From positions 107,324,001 through 107,388,000 of the forward strand of contig NC_045696.1 in assembly GCF_009834535.1 (NCBI RefSeq): a DNA stretch of 64,000 nt. The letters run 5' to 3'. The position numbers and the translations under genes are program-made. Shown here piece after piece: positions 38,482 through 51,461 of the stretch. Source of the DNA: Camelus ferus. Its lineage: Eukaryota. The notes beneath the pieces are model-generated. The model made no database searches and was not told the origin of the DNA. It saw only the letters and a list, made by a program, of their open reading frames with translations. Each line of letters opens with the position of its first letter. Within the stretch, counting starts at the first letter, position 1.

Positions 38482-38581
38482 NNNNNNNNNNNNNNNNNNN
38501 NNNNNNNNNNNNNNNNNNNNNNNNNNNNNNNNNNNNNNNNNNNNNNNNNNNNNNNNNNNNNNNNNNNNNNNNNNNNNNNNN
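38482..38581. other. Assembly gap (100 N)
   Basis: Seen directly; true length unknown. Confidence 1.
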
Positions 38582-39789
38582 CCACATAGGTGAGGGGTGC
38601 CTGTGTGAGCGCCAAGGGCCGGTTGTTGGGGTGTTTTATAAGGTAGATTGCAAGGTGCCTGATGGGCTTGTGCGCAAGTCTCTAATTAGTTGTAGGTGAG
38701 GTTTAAGAGGTTTAGGGTTCCTGAAGGGTGGTGGAGTCTATGACTCTGATAAGGTGGGTTGAAACAAGCTAGCCAGAGCTACTGTGAGATTAGGCATTCC
38801 CTAAGGCTATTAGTTTGTTGAGGAAAATACACCCAGTAAAGAATGTGCTTTAGCCCAGGAATAGGGATCGTTGGACGTGGAAGGACGTCAGTTGGCCCAA
38901 CAGGGAGTAGTAGCACTGAAATTTAAAAAATGACAATGGAAACTGTTGAAAAACAAGCCAATGGCTAAAATGTTGAAGATATAAGACCCTAAGTAGTGGT
39001 GGAAGGAAGAAATGAGAAGGGATAGCATTTGCAGTCCAGGGAGAAGAACCAGCTTTGGAGAGTAGGGGATTAATTTGGTGAGAATGTTAGAGGTCATGAA
39101 CAGGGTGTGGCTACATATATTTTAAGATGGAGAGAATACCAAACCGAAATTAGAATCCCATAGCTTTGATCCCTGGAAACTATATGATTTTATCTACTAA
39201 TATGGATTGGGAGTGGCAACTTAACAAAGAAAACTAGAAATAGTCCTTGTGGAGAAGATGAGGGGAAGTCAATCAAACAGGGGTAAAAAAATTATAAGTG
39301 GGAGTCCAGTCACGAATTCATTCCTGGCCAGATAAGTTGTGACTTCCTCCAGTGAAAACCCACACTTTGTGACCCGTGGGAGAGAAAGCAGGAAAAGGGA
39401 TAACCTACTGGGGACGGGCCCTTAAGACTATAGAGTTGAGCGATTCTAAGGCAATACTGAAATAGAGCTGGCTATGGCAACAGAGAATTTAGTCATAAAT
39501 GGGGCTGATGACCTGGGAGATTAAGGATTCACTTTTGTATTGAAAAGTTGCGAATGGGTGAAAGGTAGGAGCCACGGCCAGGAGTGGCGGGTGGAGACTA
39601 AGTAGGAAGAGGAGACATTCAAAGGCATATTTTGCTCTGGGTCTCACGTTAGTCAATTGTCTTCCTTTTGGAAGCTACTGACATTTAGAGCTACTGACAG
39701 TAGTCCTAGGCTGTGGGAGGAGAAAGCTGATTCCAAAGCTGAGGCTGTATTTTCCCAGTCTAGCTGCATTCTTTTCTCACTAACTAGCC

Positions 39790-41520
39790 AATGCTGCCGC
39801 CTTATGCAAAGCCGGCACCACGGAGAGGATCTGCTTTACAGAAGCAGGGACGACGCCAATCGGCCTGGGGCGGGCACTGTTGCATCTAGATCGGCGGCGA
39901 GGGAGGTCCCAAACAGTTCTCGAAACCTTTTCACCCTCGCCCGGGAAAGAGCCTCGTCAACAGTCAACAATAAATCGCTAATACAATGCTAAGCTCTGAG
40001 GCCCTCATTAAACCCAGGAGAGGCGGGAGCATGGCTTTGCGCCGCCACCCCCTCGCGTTTCCGCAGAGCGCCTCCAGGGCGGAGGATGGAGGCAACCGTA
40101 GCCAGGCGGAGCTGCGAGGAAGCGCCAGTCCCGCGGCCTGGGGAGGGGCTTCGGCGAAGGGGCCGGGGGCGGGTTTCCCTCCCAGGTCTCGGAAAAGCTC
40201 CAAAAATGGCGGGCGGTAACTCGACTAGCCGGGCGCGCAGGCGCCACCGTTGCCATCCTTCCGCCCGCCTCAGACGGTCCACGAACCGTCCACAGCGCCC
40301 TCACCAAGAGGTATGCGGCGCTCGCGATTGGCTGAGCCGGGCCAGCGCTCCGTGCTGGGGCCGGGCCGCCACGCAGCGGCCACGTTTCCCGCCCCGCTGG
40401 TGCGCGTGCGCGCAATCCCCACAGGAAAGCGTTTGCGCGCGTCCCCGCCACGGCCCCCAGCTCGCGCCTCAGCTCCCTCCCCTTTCCGGGCAGGCCCGTC
40501 CCGTCAGCGAGGTAGTAAGCGCCGCGGCCAGCAGAGGGCGGTCGGGACCCAAGTCTGCAGCGGCGCCATTGGCGTGTGGAAAATGCCACCAGATGGCGGG
40601 TTAGGATTGCAGCTCCGTTGAAGGCGCGGCCCCCGCTCCCGAACCCCCGGCGACCACCCCGTAACAACCCCCCCACATCGGGAATAACACACCGGAGACT
40701 TTTGGGGGGAAACTAGGTCGACGGCCGGCGGCGCCCGGATGGGCAGCTGAGGTGAGTGCGGGCGGCGGCGACGGCGGCGGGGGGCGGGAAAGAGGGGGAA
40801 TGCGGCGGCCGCGGCGCGGGGGCTGGAAGCGCCGATCCAAGATGGAGGCTGGGAGAGAGCGAGAGAGCGCGAGCGGGGAGCGGGCGGGCCGGACGCGGGC
40901 CCCGCGCGGGGGAGGGAGGCCGCGCGGGCCTTTGCGGGGCGCGGCGGTCTCCCGCCGTCCGGGCGCCGTGGGGGATGGCTGTGGGCGCGGTGAGCACCCC
41001 GGAGCCCTCGTCGCTCCCTACCCCTCCCGCGGGCCCCGAAAATTGTGCCCCCGCCCGCTCGGGCACTACGGCGACGGGCGCGGAAGCCTTTGTGGCGCGC
41101 TCGGGCCCGCCGCCAAGCCCGCCCTCCGCCCCCCCGCCCGGACTCTCGGGACTCGCCCGCGCCCGGCGGGGCCCTGCCGAGGCGGGCTGGTGAGAATGCC
41201 GCCCGCCGCCCTGCGTTTCTGCGGTGTTTTAGCGGCAGAGTCGTCACATGACAACGAGCTCGCTTCGGCGGAGGGGCCTGGGGGTCGCTCGGCGTGGCGG
41301 CCGGCCCAGGCCTCTTGTCGTTGGGGTGGAGCAGGGGGCTGGCTCCTGGGGGCAGAGGGGACGTCGAAGCTGGGCTTTCCCGCTATCTGCCCTCCCCGCC
41401 CCCGACGGAGGCCTCCTTGTGAAACGTGTCCAGGCCGGAGCACTGCCCCGCTAGTTTGTCAATCCCCCGGGAGACGAGGCCAATAAAAGTTGTTTTCCCT
41501 CCTTTCTCGGGGTGGGGGCG
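39790..41520. promoter_or_regulatory. STAG1: CpG island / STAG1 promoter
   Basis: Very high GC and CpG density. Motifs seen: YY1-like AAAATGGCGG (~40203-40212), inverted CCAAT (~40326), E2F TTTCCCGC (40385-40392), NRF1-like TGCGCGTGCGC (40401-40411), GC boxes, CTCF core (40586-40599). Confidence 0.92.
40568..40751 (+). other. STAG1: STAG1 non-coding exon 1 (5'UTR); TSS approximate
   Basis: The sequence ATTGGCGTGTGGAAAATGCCACCAGATGGCGGGTTAGG...GGAAACTAGGTCGA..GGATGGGCAGCTGAG matches the STAG1 mRNA 5' end as I recall it. It lies in a CpG island and ends at a consensus donor GAG|GTGAGT (intron starts 40752). Confidence 0.88.
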
Positions 41521-42825
41521 GGTGAAGAGCTGGGAAACTGGAGTGCCTGGAGTTGGACCTGGGCCTTGATTGGAGAGTCCGAACTGGGTGCATCTTGTGT
41601 GCTGTAGGGACTAAGAAATTTTCAGGTCTTAGGATTGTCATGTCACCCCTTCTATCCACATTTGAAATGTTACCGATTCTCTTCACATTGCAGAGAATCG
41701 TGCCCCGGGCGTATAAATCATGGGTTGGTTTTGGACGCTTATAGACTGAAAACAGTGCTGTTTGTATGTAACGATAGTGAATATTTGCTGTTAAAGTTGA
41801 TGTTAGGATGATGAAAATAGTTTATTCCTTCCTGTGGTTGTGACTGGAAAGGACTTTATTTTGCATCTCTTAACAGTGTTTGTGAAAGTATTTGAATTCA
41901 CATAAAGAAAGTTGTGTGATTTGTAACTTAATGTGTTATTTAACTCCACCTTTTAGTTTCTGTGCGTTTTTTTTGTAAAGAAGATTGCAAATTCTGTTGG
42001 TGAAGCACTTAGGGAAATATACACAACAGTGAAAATAAAAACAACTTGTGTACTGTATTATATATTGTTCCATGTTCTCCTATTTATAATGTACGAAGAA
42101 TTCCGACTAAAAAAATTTGCCCAAGAGGGGAAACAGTGAAAGATTCGGAAAGATTGTTTACTTGTTTTTGATCTTTGAGAATAGTTGTAACACAAATGTC
42201 TGCCATCTAAATAAAGTTCCAGAAAACCGACAAGTGTTTTGTAAAATTTTGTTTACATTTTAAAATGTACATTATATTTATTCAAATGGTCTACCAGTGG
42301 TCAGTTTTACAACCAAACTACTTTTGATTGGAAATTTCTCAGTATCTACTTCAGTTTTGATGTCCTGACAAAGCTCTTGAGGGAGTATTTATATAAATAT
42401 GAAATATGAAAAATGCTTATGCTACTAGGATTGCTTCCTTTGAAGACAGTAATACAAGTACTGTTGATTTGAATGGCTCTTTTAAAGCCTTAAGGGGGCT
42501 GTGGTATGGGGGAGAGAGAGCCTTGGACTGAAGTTCCCTTAAACATTCCCTAGATTTGTGATCTTTGGGATGTCACTCTTCCAACCTTACTTTGCTCATC
42601 ACTGAAATGAAGGTAATAAATTATATGATAGTTGTATAATAAGATTTGTGTCAAAAAGCCTTCTTAATTATTAAAACTTTAAAAATGTATGCAAGTTTAT
42701 ACAGTTTTAATCTTTTTTCCTTGATTCTGGATCTGCATATCTTCATAATCAGTGCTATGAGGAGATGTAATGCATCTAGAAGAAAAGATTTCTCTTCCTC
42801 CTTTTTTCCCTTGTCTGCTTTGTCC

Positions 42826-43630
42826 TGTATTGAAAGAATGTTAGTTTTCTTTTGATGTATAGTGAAGTACCACAAATTTAGTAGCTTAAACAACACCTAT
42901 TTACTACCTCATAGTTTTTCTTTTTTTAAACTCAGCAAATATTCATATTAAGTACCTGATAGATACAATGCTAGGCATAGATCTTACCTTGAAGTAAAGG
43001 GAATAAAAATGCTATTGGTTATATTCAACAAACTCCAGGTAAAGGAAAAAGTGGTAGAGGACTGAAAATTGGTGAATACTTCCTCTATTCACAGTTTCTA
43101 TAGGTCAGAAATCTAAGTACTTCATAGCTGAGCTGTTTGTTCAGCATTTTACCAGGCTAAAATCAAGATATTAGCTGTGGCTGCAATTCTCATCTGAGGC
43201 CAGGGTCTTTTTTCATGCTGATTACTTGTTGGCAGAATTTCCTTGTGGCTGTATGACTGAAGTTGCCATCTTCTTGCTAGCTGTTGGCCAGGGACCTTTC
43301 TCAGTTGTATACCATGTGTCCACATCATGGCTTCTTGCTTTCATCCAGGGAAGCAGGAGTCAGTTGCTCTGGTTTCCTCTGTCTCTGACCTCTGGACTTC
43401 CTTTTAAGATCCCTTTATAAAGCTGATCTGATAAGGTCAGACCCATTCAGGATGGTTTCCTTTTTAGTGAACTCAGCTGATTAGGGACCTTAAATACCTA
43501 TGTAAATTCTATTTATTATATAAAAATCACAGGAGTGATATCCCATTATACTTAGAGGTCTTTCCCACACTCAAGGGAAGGGGAATATATGATGGTGTAG
43601 GTCATTGAGGGTTAAAATTTAGCCTGCCAT
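42826..43630 (-). mobile_element. MaLR LTR (MLT1D-like) with internal ~170-bp insertion
   Basis: accacaaatttagtagcttaaacaacac..tcacagtttctataggtcagaa..ccaggctaaaatcaag..cacactcaagggaagggg. Confidence 0.8.
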
Positions 43631-44236
43631 GGGGAACAAAGTATCTTTACATTTGCTGTTTTAGAATTTGAATGTACAAGGAGAGTGCACAGGCAGAGCA
43701 CTAACCCCACTTGGTAAGTTTACTCATACTTGTTTTGTCTTTTCTTCACACTTTTTCCTTTTCATATTTCCTTGTACCTCAGTTGAAGTGCCTCCATCTA
43801 TAAAAACATTTTATTGTGTTTAGAGGAAATTAAAAATAAAAAGTAAAAATAAAATTTAAGTAAAAAGAAGAAAGACAGTAGAGATTATGTAATTTTCATT
43901 GTTTGATACCTGTTGTTTTGCTCATTTTAGAGATGAGATTGACTCTCCGGGGAGTTAAGGAATTTAAATGTTTAAGATCACACGCCTGTTTAAGTGGCAG
44001 GTAGATTCATTAGCTTATTGCACCAGACAGTTGCTGTGGTGTGATTGGTTCAGCAACTTTGAGGAGGGAATTCTTATGAAAAAGAATAGTTATTTAAAAT
44101 AGAGTAGGGGTATTATTGGTGGACAGAGAGGGTAGCAGAAATTTGGTCATGATATATAGGAGATTTAACCTTCCAAAGCAAAATATTTTTGAGGGGAGGC
44201 GATTAGGACAGTTTTAGTTAAGAATAACAAGATTTA

Positions 44237-44374
44237 GTGGGGGAGGGCATAGCTCAAGTGGTAGAGCGCATGCTTAGCATACATGAGGTCCTGGGTTCAA
44301 TCCCCAGTACCTCCATCAAATAAACAAATAAATCTTATTACCTCCCCTCCAAAACAAAAACAAAACCCAACAAC
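44237..44374 (+). mobile_element. Camelid tRNA-derived SINE (Vic-1-like)
   Basis: GGGGAGGGCATAGCTCAAGTGGTAGAGCGCATGCTTAGCAT..GAGGTCCTGGGTTCAATCCCCAGTACCTCC; TSD CAAGATTTA at 44228-44236 and 44375-44383. Confidence 0.92.
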
Positions 44375-44901
44375 CAAGATTTAAAAAAAGAATATAAGCA
44401 GGAAGTAAAATTGTTTGGAAGATACAGCTTCATTTCTTAATAGGTGATATAGTAAGGGCTTAGTAACTATTAGCCTAATTAAAATATGAATCTCTAGAAT
44501 TTAGATGGTTCTTGCTACTGTGACACTCTGTAGGAAAAGTATAAAGCAGAGACTTAAGAGGATGCTCTTGCATAAGCCCAAGAGAGATGATTCTTAAGGT
44601 GGGATAGGGCTAATTAGGGTGTGTCTACAGAGAAGGAGGGATCAACTTTTTGTCATTTTGATAGTCAGGGGGGTAGCATCCCAGTTTCCTATCTTTCAGT
44701 GATGAGAGAAACCTTGTTTTATTGAGAAATGTGATTCTTTTTAAGTGAGCTTTGAGTAGGTCATAGTTAGACCAGTTGGTTTACAGAATCTTTTCTCTAT
44801 ACACTAATTCATCCCTTATTGCTTCTATCAGATTTCTTCATCCTTTTCTAGTTCTGTGTTCTTGCCAGTTAGTGTTTGAAGGAAAGCTCAAGTCCTACCT
44901 T

Positions 44902-45024
44902 CCTTTTGGGGGGGGGGGTAATTAGGTTTTTATTTATTTATTTTTAATGGAGGTACTGGGGTTTGAACCAAGGACTTTGTGCATGCTAGGCATGCACTCT
45001 ACCATTGAGCTGTACCCTCCCCTA
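44902..45024 (-). mobile_element. Camelid tRNA-derived SINE (Vic-1-like)
   Basis: Reverse-complement SINE body; near-TSD CAA(G/A)TCCTAC(C/T)TT at 44889-44901 and 45025-45037. Confidence 0.9.
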
Positions 45025-45409
45025 CAAATCCTACTTTACATTCCTTTGTGTTGTGGGCCTAAATGATGTACCAGTTAGTTTTGCCAAATGTCTCTAAGTA
45101 GTTTTGCTTTGATTAAACAGTTGTAGTGATGGCTTTTAACTTGCTAGAAGCTCACAGTTACAAAAACATTTTATATTGTGACCCAGTACAAACATGCACA
45201 CAGTGGAAATAAAAGTTTCAAGAAGTAACATTTAATCTTTATGTAGTACTTGCTGATATTTTTACTTTATTATATTTTTTAAGATTAAGAATACTGGTTG
45301 CAACTCACTTATGTGATATCATGACTTGCAGCAACCCACAGTTGGAAAAGCACTGAATTATAATCTCTTTCGTTATTTGGAGAGTGCAAAGTAAAACCAT
45401 AAGAAGAAA

Positions 45410-47180
45410 CTATTTCACTTACATCAGATTGCAGGTATTAAAAATTATGATAGTATCAAGCATTGATGAGAATATGGAGAAATTAGACTCCAGCTTTTGG
45501 CATGAGTGTAAATTGACATAATCATTTTGCAGAAGAATGTTTTATCTAGTAAATTGAAGAATACATGCACCTTAAACCTAGCAGTTATTCTTCTGTCTTT
45601 ATATTACTGATGGGAAAAATTATTGTATGTTGGGATACATGAACAAAAATGTTCTCAGTGGCCTTGTTTGCAGTAGGCAAAATTTAGAAACAAAGTGTTC
45701 ATCATTCTACCACTGGCTTTCAAAAATCAGTGGTTTTAAAATGTTAAAATAATTTGTTTTAATGTTAATATAATTTTAATACTTAGGATAACCTCATTGG
45801 TCATAGTGTATTATCCATTTTAGAATTTGGGGATATTTCTTCGTGAAGGATATTGCTTTGTAATTTTCTTTGGTTGTAATGTCTTTGGCAGGTTTCAGTA
45901 TTAGGATTACAAAGGCCTCATAAAATAAGCCTAGATGTTCCCCCTGCTTACTGAAAGGCTTTGTGTGATACTGATATTCTTCCTTGACTGATAGAATTCA
46001 TTAGTGATACCGTCTGGACTTTTTTTTTTTTTTTTTTTTTTTTAAGTGGGAAGACTTGGTAAATTCAAATTCATGTTTTTTTTTTAACTAGACAGAGGGA
46101 TGCTCAGATTTTGTTTCATCTTATGTCAGTTTTGTTGTATTTTTAAAGAAATTTGTTGACCTAAGTTCTCCTTTGTTATCCTTCAAAAGTCTGTAGGGTT
46201 TGTAGTGATATCTCTTGATTTATGGTGGTATTAATATGTTCTTTTTTTTTTTCTTGACGAGTCTTATTCTTGGTTTATCAATTTGTTTATTTTTTTCAAA
46301 ATAACGTTGCTAATTTTCTCCGTTCTTTTTTTCTCCCTTATTTGCTTCTGTTCTTTATAATTTTCTTTCTCTCATGTATTTTGTTTTTCTTTTTCTAGTT
46401 TCTTAAAGTGTGGTCATAGATTTCAGACATTTCTTGTTTTCTAATAAAAGCATGCAGAGTTACAGATTCTCCTCTAAGCACTCTGCAGCATCCCACAAAT
46501 TTTGATATTTTTATTATTTAGTTTGAAATAGTTTCTAACTTGCTTTGTGATTTCTTCCTTGACCCATGGATTACTTAAAAGTGTTTTGTTTAATTTTCAA
46601 ATATTTGGGACTATTTTAGACATCTTGTTATTGACTTCTAATTTAATTTCATTTTGAGATCAGAGAATATATTCTGTATGACTTTAATCTTTTAAAATTT
46701 ATCAATAAAACGAGGCTTGTTTTATGGTTCATGTGGTCTGTTTTGGTAAATGTATCTATGCAGTTGTCAAGTGTATTCTGTAAATATCAATTAGATTAAG
46801 ATGTTTTGGTAGCATTTTTAAAATCGTTTACGTCTTTACTGGTTTTTTATTTTTGCGAGGTTTTTTTGGTCTACTTCTATCAGTTGTTGAGAGGGATGTT
46901 AAAATATCTAGCTGTGACTGGAATTATCTATTTCTCCCTTAATTCTGTTAATTTTTGCCTTATTTATTTCATAACTCTGTGGACACTCTGGTAATAGTCT
47001 CAATCTTAAAATCTACTTTTAAAAAAATTAATATAGCCACTCCAACTTTCTTGAGTTTACTGTTTCAGTAGTATACCTTCTTCTGTCCATTTACTAAAAC
47101 TCTTTTTCTTTATATTTGAAATGTGCCTCTTGAAGGTAACTTATTTTGAGTTTTGCTTTTTTATTCTTTCCGACAGTATG
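45410..47180. mobile_element. Old L1 fragments (plus ~45410-45720, minus ~45780-47180)
   Basis: Degenerate ORF2 motifs (gcctcataaaataag, cctctaagcac..gcagcatcccacaaattttga, aatatagccactccaactttc). Confidence 0.75.
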
Positions 47181-47228
47181 AAAGTGGAATCTCTCACTTA
47201 CAATAAATGTTGATTATGTGCTAATGCC

Positions 47229-47665
47229 TGTTAAGAACTGTGAAAGTTCCGAGATTTTACCCTACTTTCAGGCTGACAAGGTAACCTGCCACAGTTTAAT
47301 TAGAGTCATGAGTCTCCACGGTCAGAGATGAAGAACAGTGCCTAACAGCAATAGAAGTAGCCAGAGTGTCAATATTTGTATCAGATCTTGAACCCCCATT
47401 ACTTCACCCTAGTGTAAAGATGTGACACTTTTGCACATGCAGTGGGTGTGTTAGAGAAGAGGACTCCCAAGCTTAGAGGAACTCATGTCGTTATAATGGG
47501 TTATAACTGTGCCTTGCATTTTCTCTGAGGGAGATGCTATTACTCTTTTCCAAGATTGTTCACTATACAAATATACTTGAAAAGATTGAATCAAAGGAAC
47601 TTGGTGCTTCTGTTTTTAAGATGTGCAGAAAAGCAAGAGACCCATGGAGAACTGTCTTTCAAAAC
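47229..47665 (-). mobile_element. ERV1 solo LTR (MER89-like)
   Basis: Reverse complement begins ..agacagttctccatgggtctcttgcttttctgcacatctt; the other end reads tgttaagaactgtgaaag..gagattttaccctact. Confidence 0.7.
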
Positions 47666-50600
47666 TGCTCAGTGAATTTTCTCAGTTTCCCCTATGTTAT
47701 TAGTTTAGGTTTTTCTTCTATTTTTTATGTTGCCCCAATCTAGCTATCCAACTCTGTCTCTGCACTGTACTTTTCTATGGGCTTTATACTGTCACCAAAT
47801 TGATTACATACTTGTATCCTCTCCCGCCCCCACCATGTCTATGTTCTGGTATATAATGTGTGTGAAAGAAATACTCAGTGAATGTTTACTGTGTGTCAGT
47901 AAGCATTTTATAATAACTCTGTAAAGAAATTATTATTATATTGATACTATCTGTTTTACAGTTTAGGTTAAACTTATTTAATCGTAAATTAAATTAGTTA
48001 AGTTTATTAGATTTGATTCAAACTCCCAAGTTTGTGATGTGGGAGGAGCACATTGTAGAGAAGCTTTTGGAGTATTCTATTTCTTGATTTTAATAGTAGA
48101 TACATGGAGTGGTCACTTCATAATTCTTTAGACTATTACCTAGATTTTTACGTATTATGCTGTATTATTGATGTAGTTCACAAAGAAAGGAAAAACAGAA
48201 AAGCAGATAAGCATGGAGCAGTAGGACCTGTCTGTGTAAAATCTTTCTAACTTCAGCCAACATTTATCACCCTGTTTGTATTTTCATTTATTGCAAATGC
48301 CTTATTGCATTTATTGTTAGCACCATAAGATTTGGTAAGTGTTGGTATTCATAAGGCACAGTATTTTGTGGACTAATTGTTCCAAGGCCACACAAGTAAT
48401 AAATGAGCCAGGATTTACACCTAGGCTTACTTTCAGAACCCAGAATCTCAGTCTCTTAAAAGGGCATTTTTCTCTCAGTCCTTATTTCTGCTTGTTGAAA
48501 TCCTCTGCATTTTGAAGTTTATTTTGCAGAGATTTGGTTTTCTTTTCTTTTCCACCATTTAACAGTTATTTAGTCTTGGGTAGAACACTTTGTTTCTAGA
48601 GGCCTCAGTTGTCACATCTCTATGATGGGAATCCAGTTAAGATTCTTTCAACAAATATTTATGTGAGTGCCTACTTCACGACTAGCAGAGAGTATGTAGA
48701 GTTGTTAAATACATAGGCTTTGCTTTCAACAACTTCTGTTCTATTGGGAGAGATTAAAAACCAAAACCCCAGAGCAACAAAACAAACAGGGATAATACAT
48801 GAAGTGTTGTGGAGAGTGTTAGGTTCAAGATACTTTGGAAACATAAAGTGCGAAGGTAAAAGGACATGCCCTTCTCCTTGTCAGGTTCCCCCCAAATAAT
48901 AGATCCTTTTTATGTGTCAGGAAATTACAAACATTGAGTCAGAAGAGTTTTTCATGGTAGTCCCTTTTTTTTCTAATTGAGATAACAATAATTAAGCATT
49001 ACTTGTACTGTTTTTAGGCTCTCTGATGAGATTTCTCTTCATAATTGTTGAGTTGGTTTAAAGGTTCAGGTAGAGGTTTGAGACACTATTACTGTCTCCT
49101 CAGTCTTAGAGAGGCAAGAAAAAAGTGTCTTATGCGTAGTCTAGCATGAATATGTTTGACCTGATTGTCTCTTTTGAGGTACTTGATTCCCTCTGCTGTC
49201 CTAAAGCTTAGTTGATCTGACTACATCAGGTTACAATGTTTTTTCTTACCTCATTTAGACTTCAAGAGGTAGTTTTCCTCTATTCTCTAGCAGAAATGGT
49301 ACAGAGTAGCATATGTACAGAAATCCTTGTGACATAGTGCAAGATATAAAAGCTAAAGAACATCTTAGGCTGTGTTTTACTCTATGGTTAAAGCCTAAAT
49401 TAATTTTTGGAAAGAAAATGCTTTACTCTGTACCTTATACTGTTAGGAATAGTTAGAAAGTTTGTATGTTCACAGATGAAGGAAGCACAATCAATCACAT
49501 GATAAATGGCTAAGAAGGCCATTGTCTATTGTCCAAGAGAGTTCCTGGCACCCGAGTCACACTGCCTGTGTCATATTCTGACTCATCCCCTTCCTAGGTA
49601 CGTAAATTAGGCAAATTCTTTAACCTCTAAATCTCAGTTTTCTCATTTGTAAAATGGGAATAATAAAAGCACGCCTTATAGGTTGCTGTAGAGGTTAAAA
49701 AGTTAGCTTTTCACTATTAGACTATATTGTATTGTGTATAAATCCAAAGGACATTAATCTTAATTGTAAAAGGTGAATAAAATAGTCCAGGTAAATCATG
49801 AGATTGCTTCCCAGAAGCAGAGAATTTTAATTAATTGGTTCTTAGCAAATAGAGCTAGCAGGTTCTTATCAGCACATAGAGCTAGTTTAATAATAAACTC
49901 TAGTAATGAGAGTGGTTAGAGGATAAGGTACTCTGGTTAACTGAGAGATGACGGTTATAACCAGATTTTTCTCCTTATTGCTAAACATATTTTTAAAAAA
50001 TTAGGCTCTTTCTTTCTTCAGAAAGTACTATATCCTGGAAAGGCATTATAATGCTTTCTTGGTAATTGAGAAATTTTGATGACTCTATCAGGGTTTTTAA
50101 TTTAAGAATATTAGTTTTGCATGTATAATTTTGTAAACAGACTAGAAATGAACCTTTACCAAGAGCAAAACATCTTGAAAGTTACCTCTTTGAATAAGTT
50201 CTTAACCAAAATACAATGGTAGATGGCTGATTTTCCTCTAATAAAAATGGGGTACAGGGAACAAAACCCTGGTTAATCTGAGTTTTTAAAAAAGTTATGG
50301 ATGTCTAATATTTTATTTTATGAATGTAAAAGGAGCATGATGTAGGAGAGAGAAAATGAGTGTAGGGCCAGAGACCTGAGTTTTAATTACAGCTTACTAC
50401 TAACTAGCTGTGTGTCTTTGAGTCATTACTTCTCTGAGCCTCAGTTTCTGTACTATAAAATTGATGTCTCGAGCTAGTTTCCAAGATTCCTGTAAAATTT
50501 ATAGTCCCTGTTGAAATCATCAGTAAATCAACTCTGAATCAGGTAATGCAAAGTTTTTGATTTGGAAATCTTTAGTTTTGAAAAAACTAAATGTGTTTGT

Positions 50601-51461
50601 TATCAGTAGACTCCTTTGTCTTCTTATCTCCCAACTGGTTGTTAATTTGTGCTTTCCCCTAGCTGTTAAGTGTACAGACCAAAATACATTAATATTTAGA
50701 TAGTATTTATAGTTTTTGGTTCCAGCTATGGGTGTGTGTTGGCTTCTTTATTTGGTGAGAAAAAGATAGACTAGCAGGTGTCTTCATATAATTTTATTCA
50801 TTGTGTATCATTCAGACATTTATTGAACGTCTACAGTGAGCCATACACTGTGAATATAAAGACATGAAAGCACAGTTCTTGTCTTCCTGATGTACAGAAA
50901 AGGCAATTCAGGACTCAACCTAGGTGTGATAACCTTCTCCAGAAATCCTTTCCTGTAGCCTTATTGCTCTTCCCTCCCTCTCTCTCTCCCTTTCTCAAAT
51001 CCAGAGTTGCTCTTTCTTTTTGTTTTAGTGGTATCCTGCATCAGGGCTGCCATGGCAGGTTATGGGATTGGTGCTCTGCATAAAGGTGCCCTGGCCAAAT
51101 CCGGATTTTATTCTGCTTGACAAATTGTCCATTTGCTTTTTTACCTTTTTCCAGTTCATCTTCCCAGAGGAGGCCTTTTCTCCCAATTCTTACAAAAGAA
51201 TCTGTATATGGTAGCAGATATCTACACTGTGCATTGGTGTACATTAATAACATTCTGTAGTGTGTTTTTTTGGCAGCCAAAATTTTTATAGTAGGTAATA
51301 AATGCCTTGAGGTGGTTTGTTTAAGTGAGCAAATGGTTTATGAAGGCAAATTCTTCTGTAAATTTTAAGAAAGGTAAAAGTTACCCAGGCAAGGGTGGTT
51401 TGGAGATGGGAGTGGCATTCCATGTGAATATAGAGGGACAGTGTTGTGATCTGGTGTTGGC

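Noticed and set aside
39657..41744. Many long overlapping ORFs (up to 247 aa) on both strands
   Set aside because: Arg/Gly/Ala/Pro low-complexity by-products of the GC-rich CpG island; several cross the exon 1 donor.
44239..44315. tRNA-Ala-like genes (also 36335-36410, 14200-14270, 37390-37467, 44945-45024)
   Set aside because: They have A-rich tails, TSDs and imperfect cloverleaf stems, so they are tRNA-derived SINEs rather than tRNA genes.
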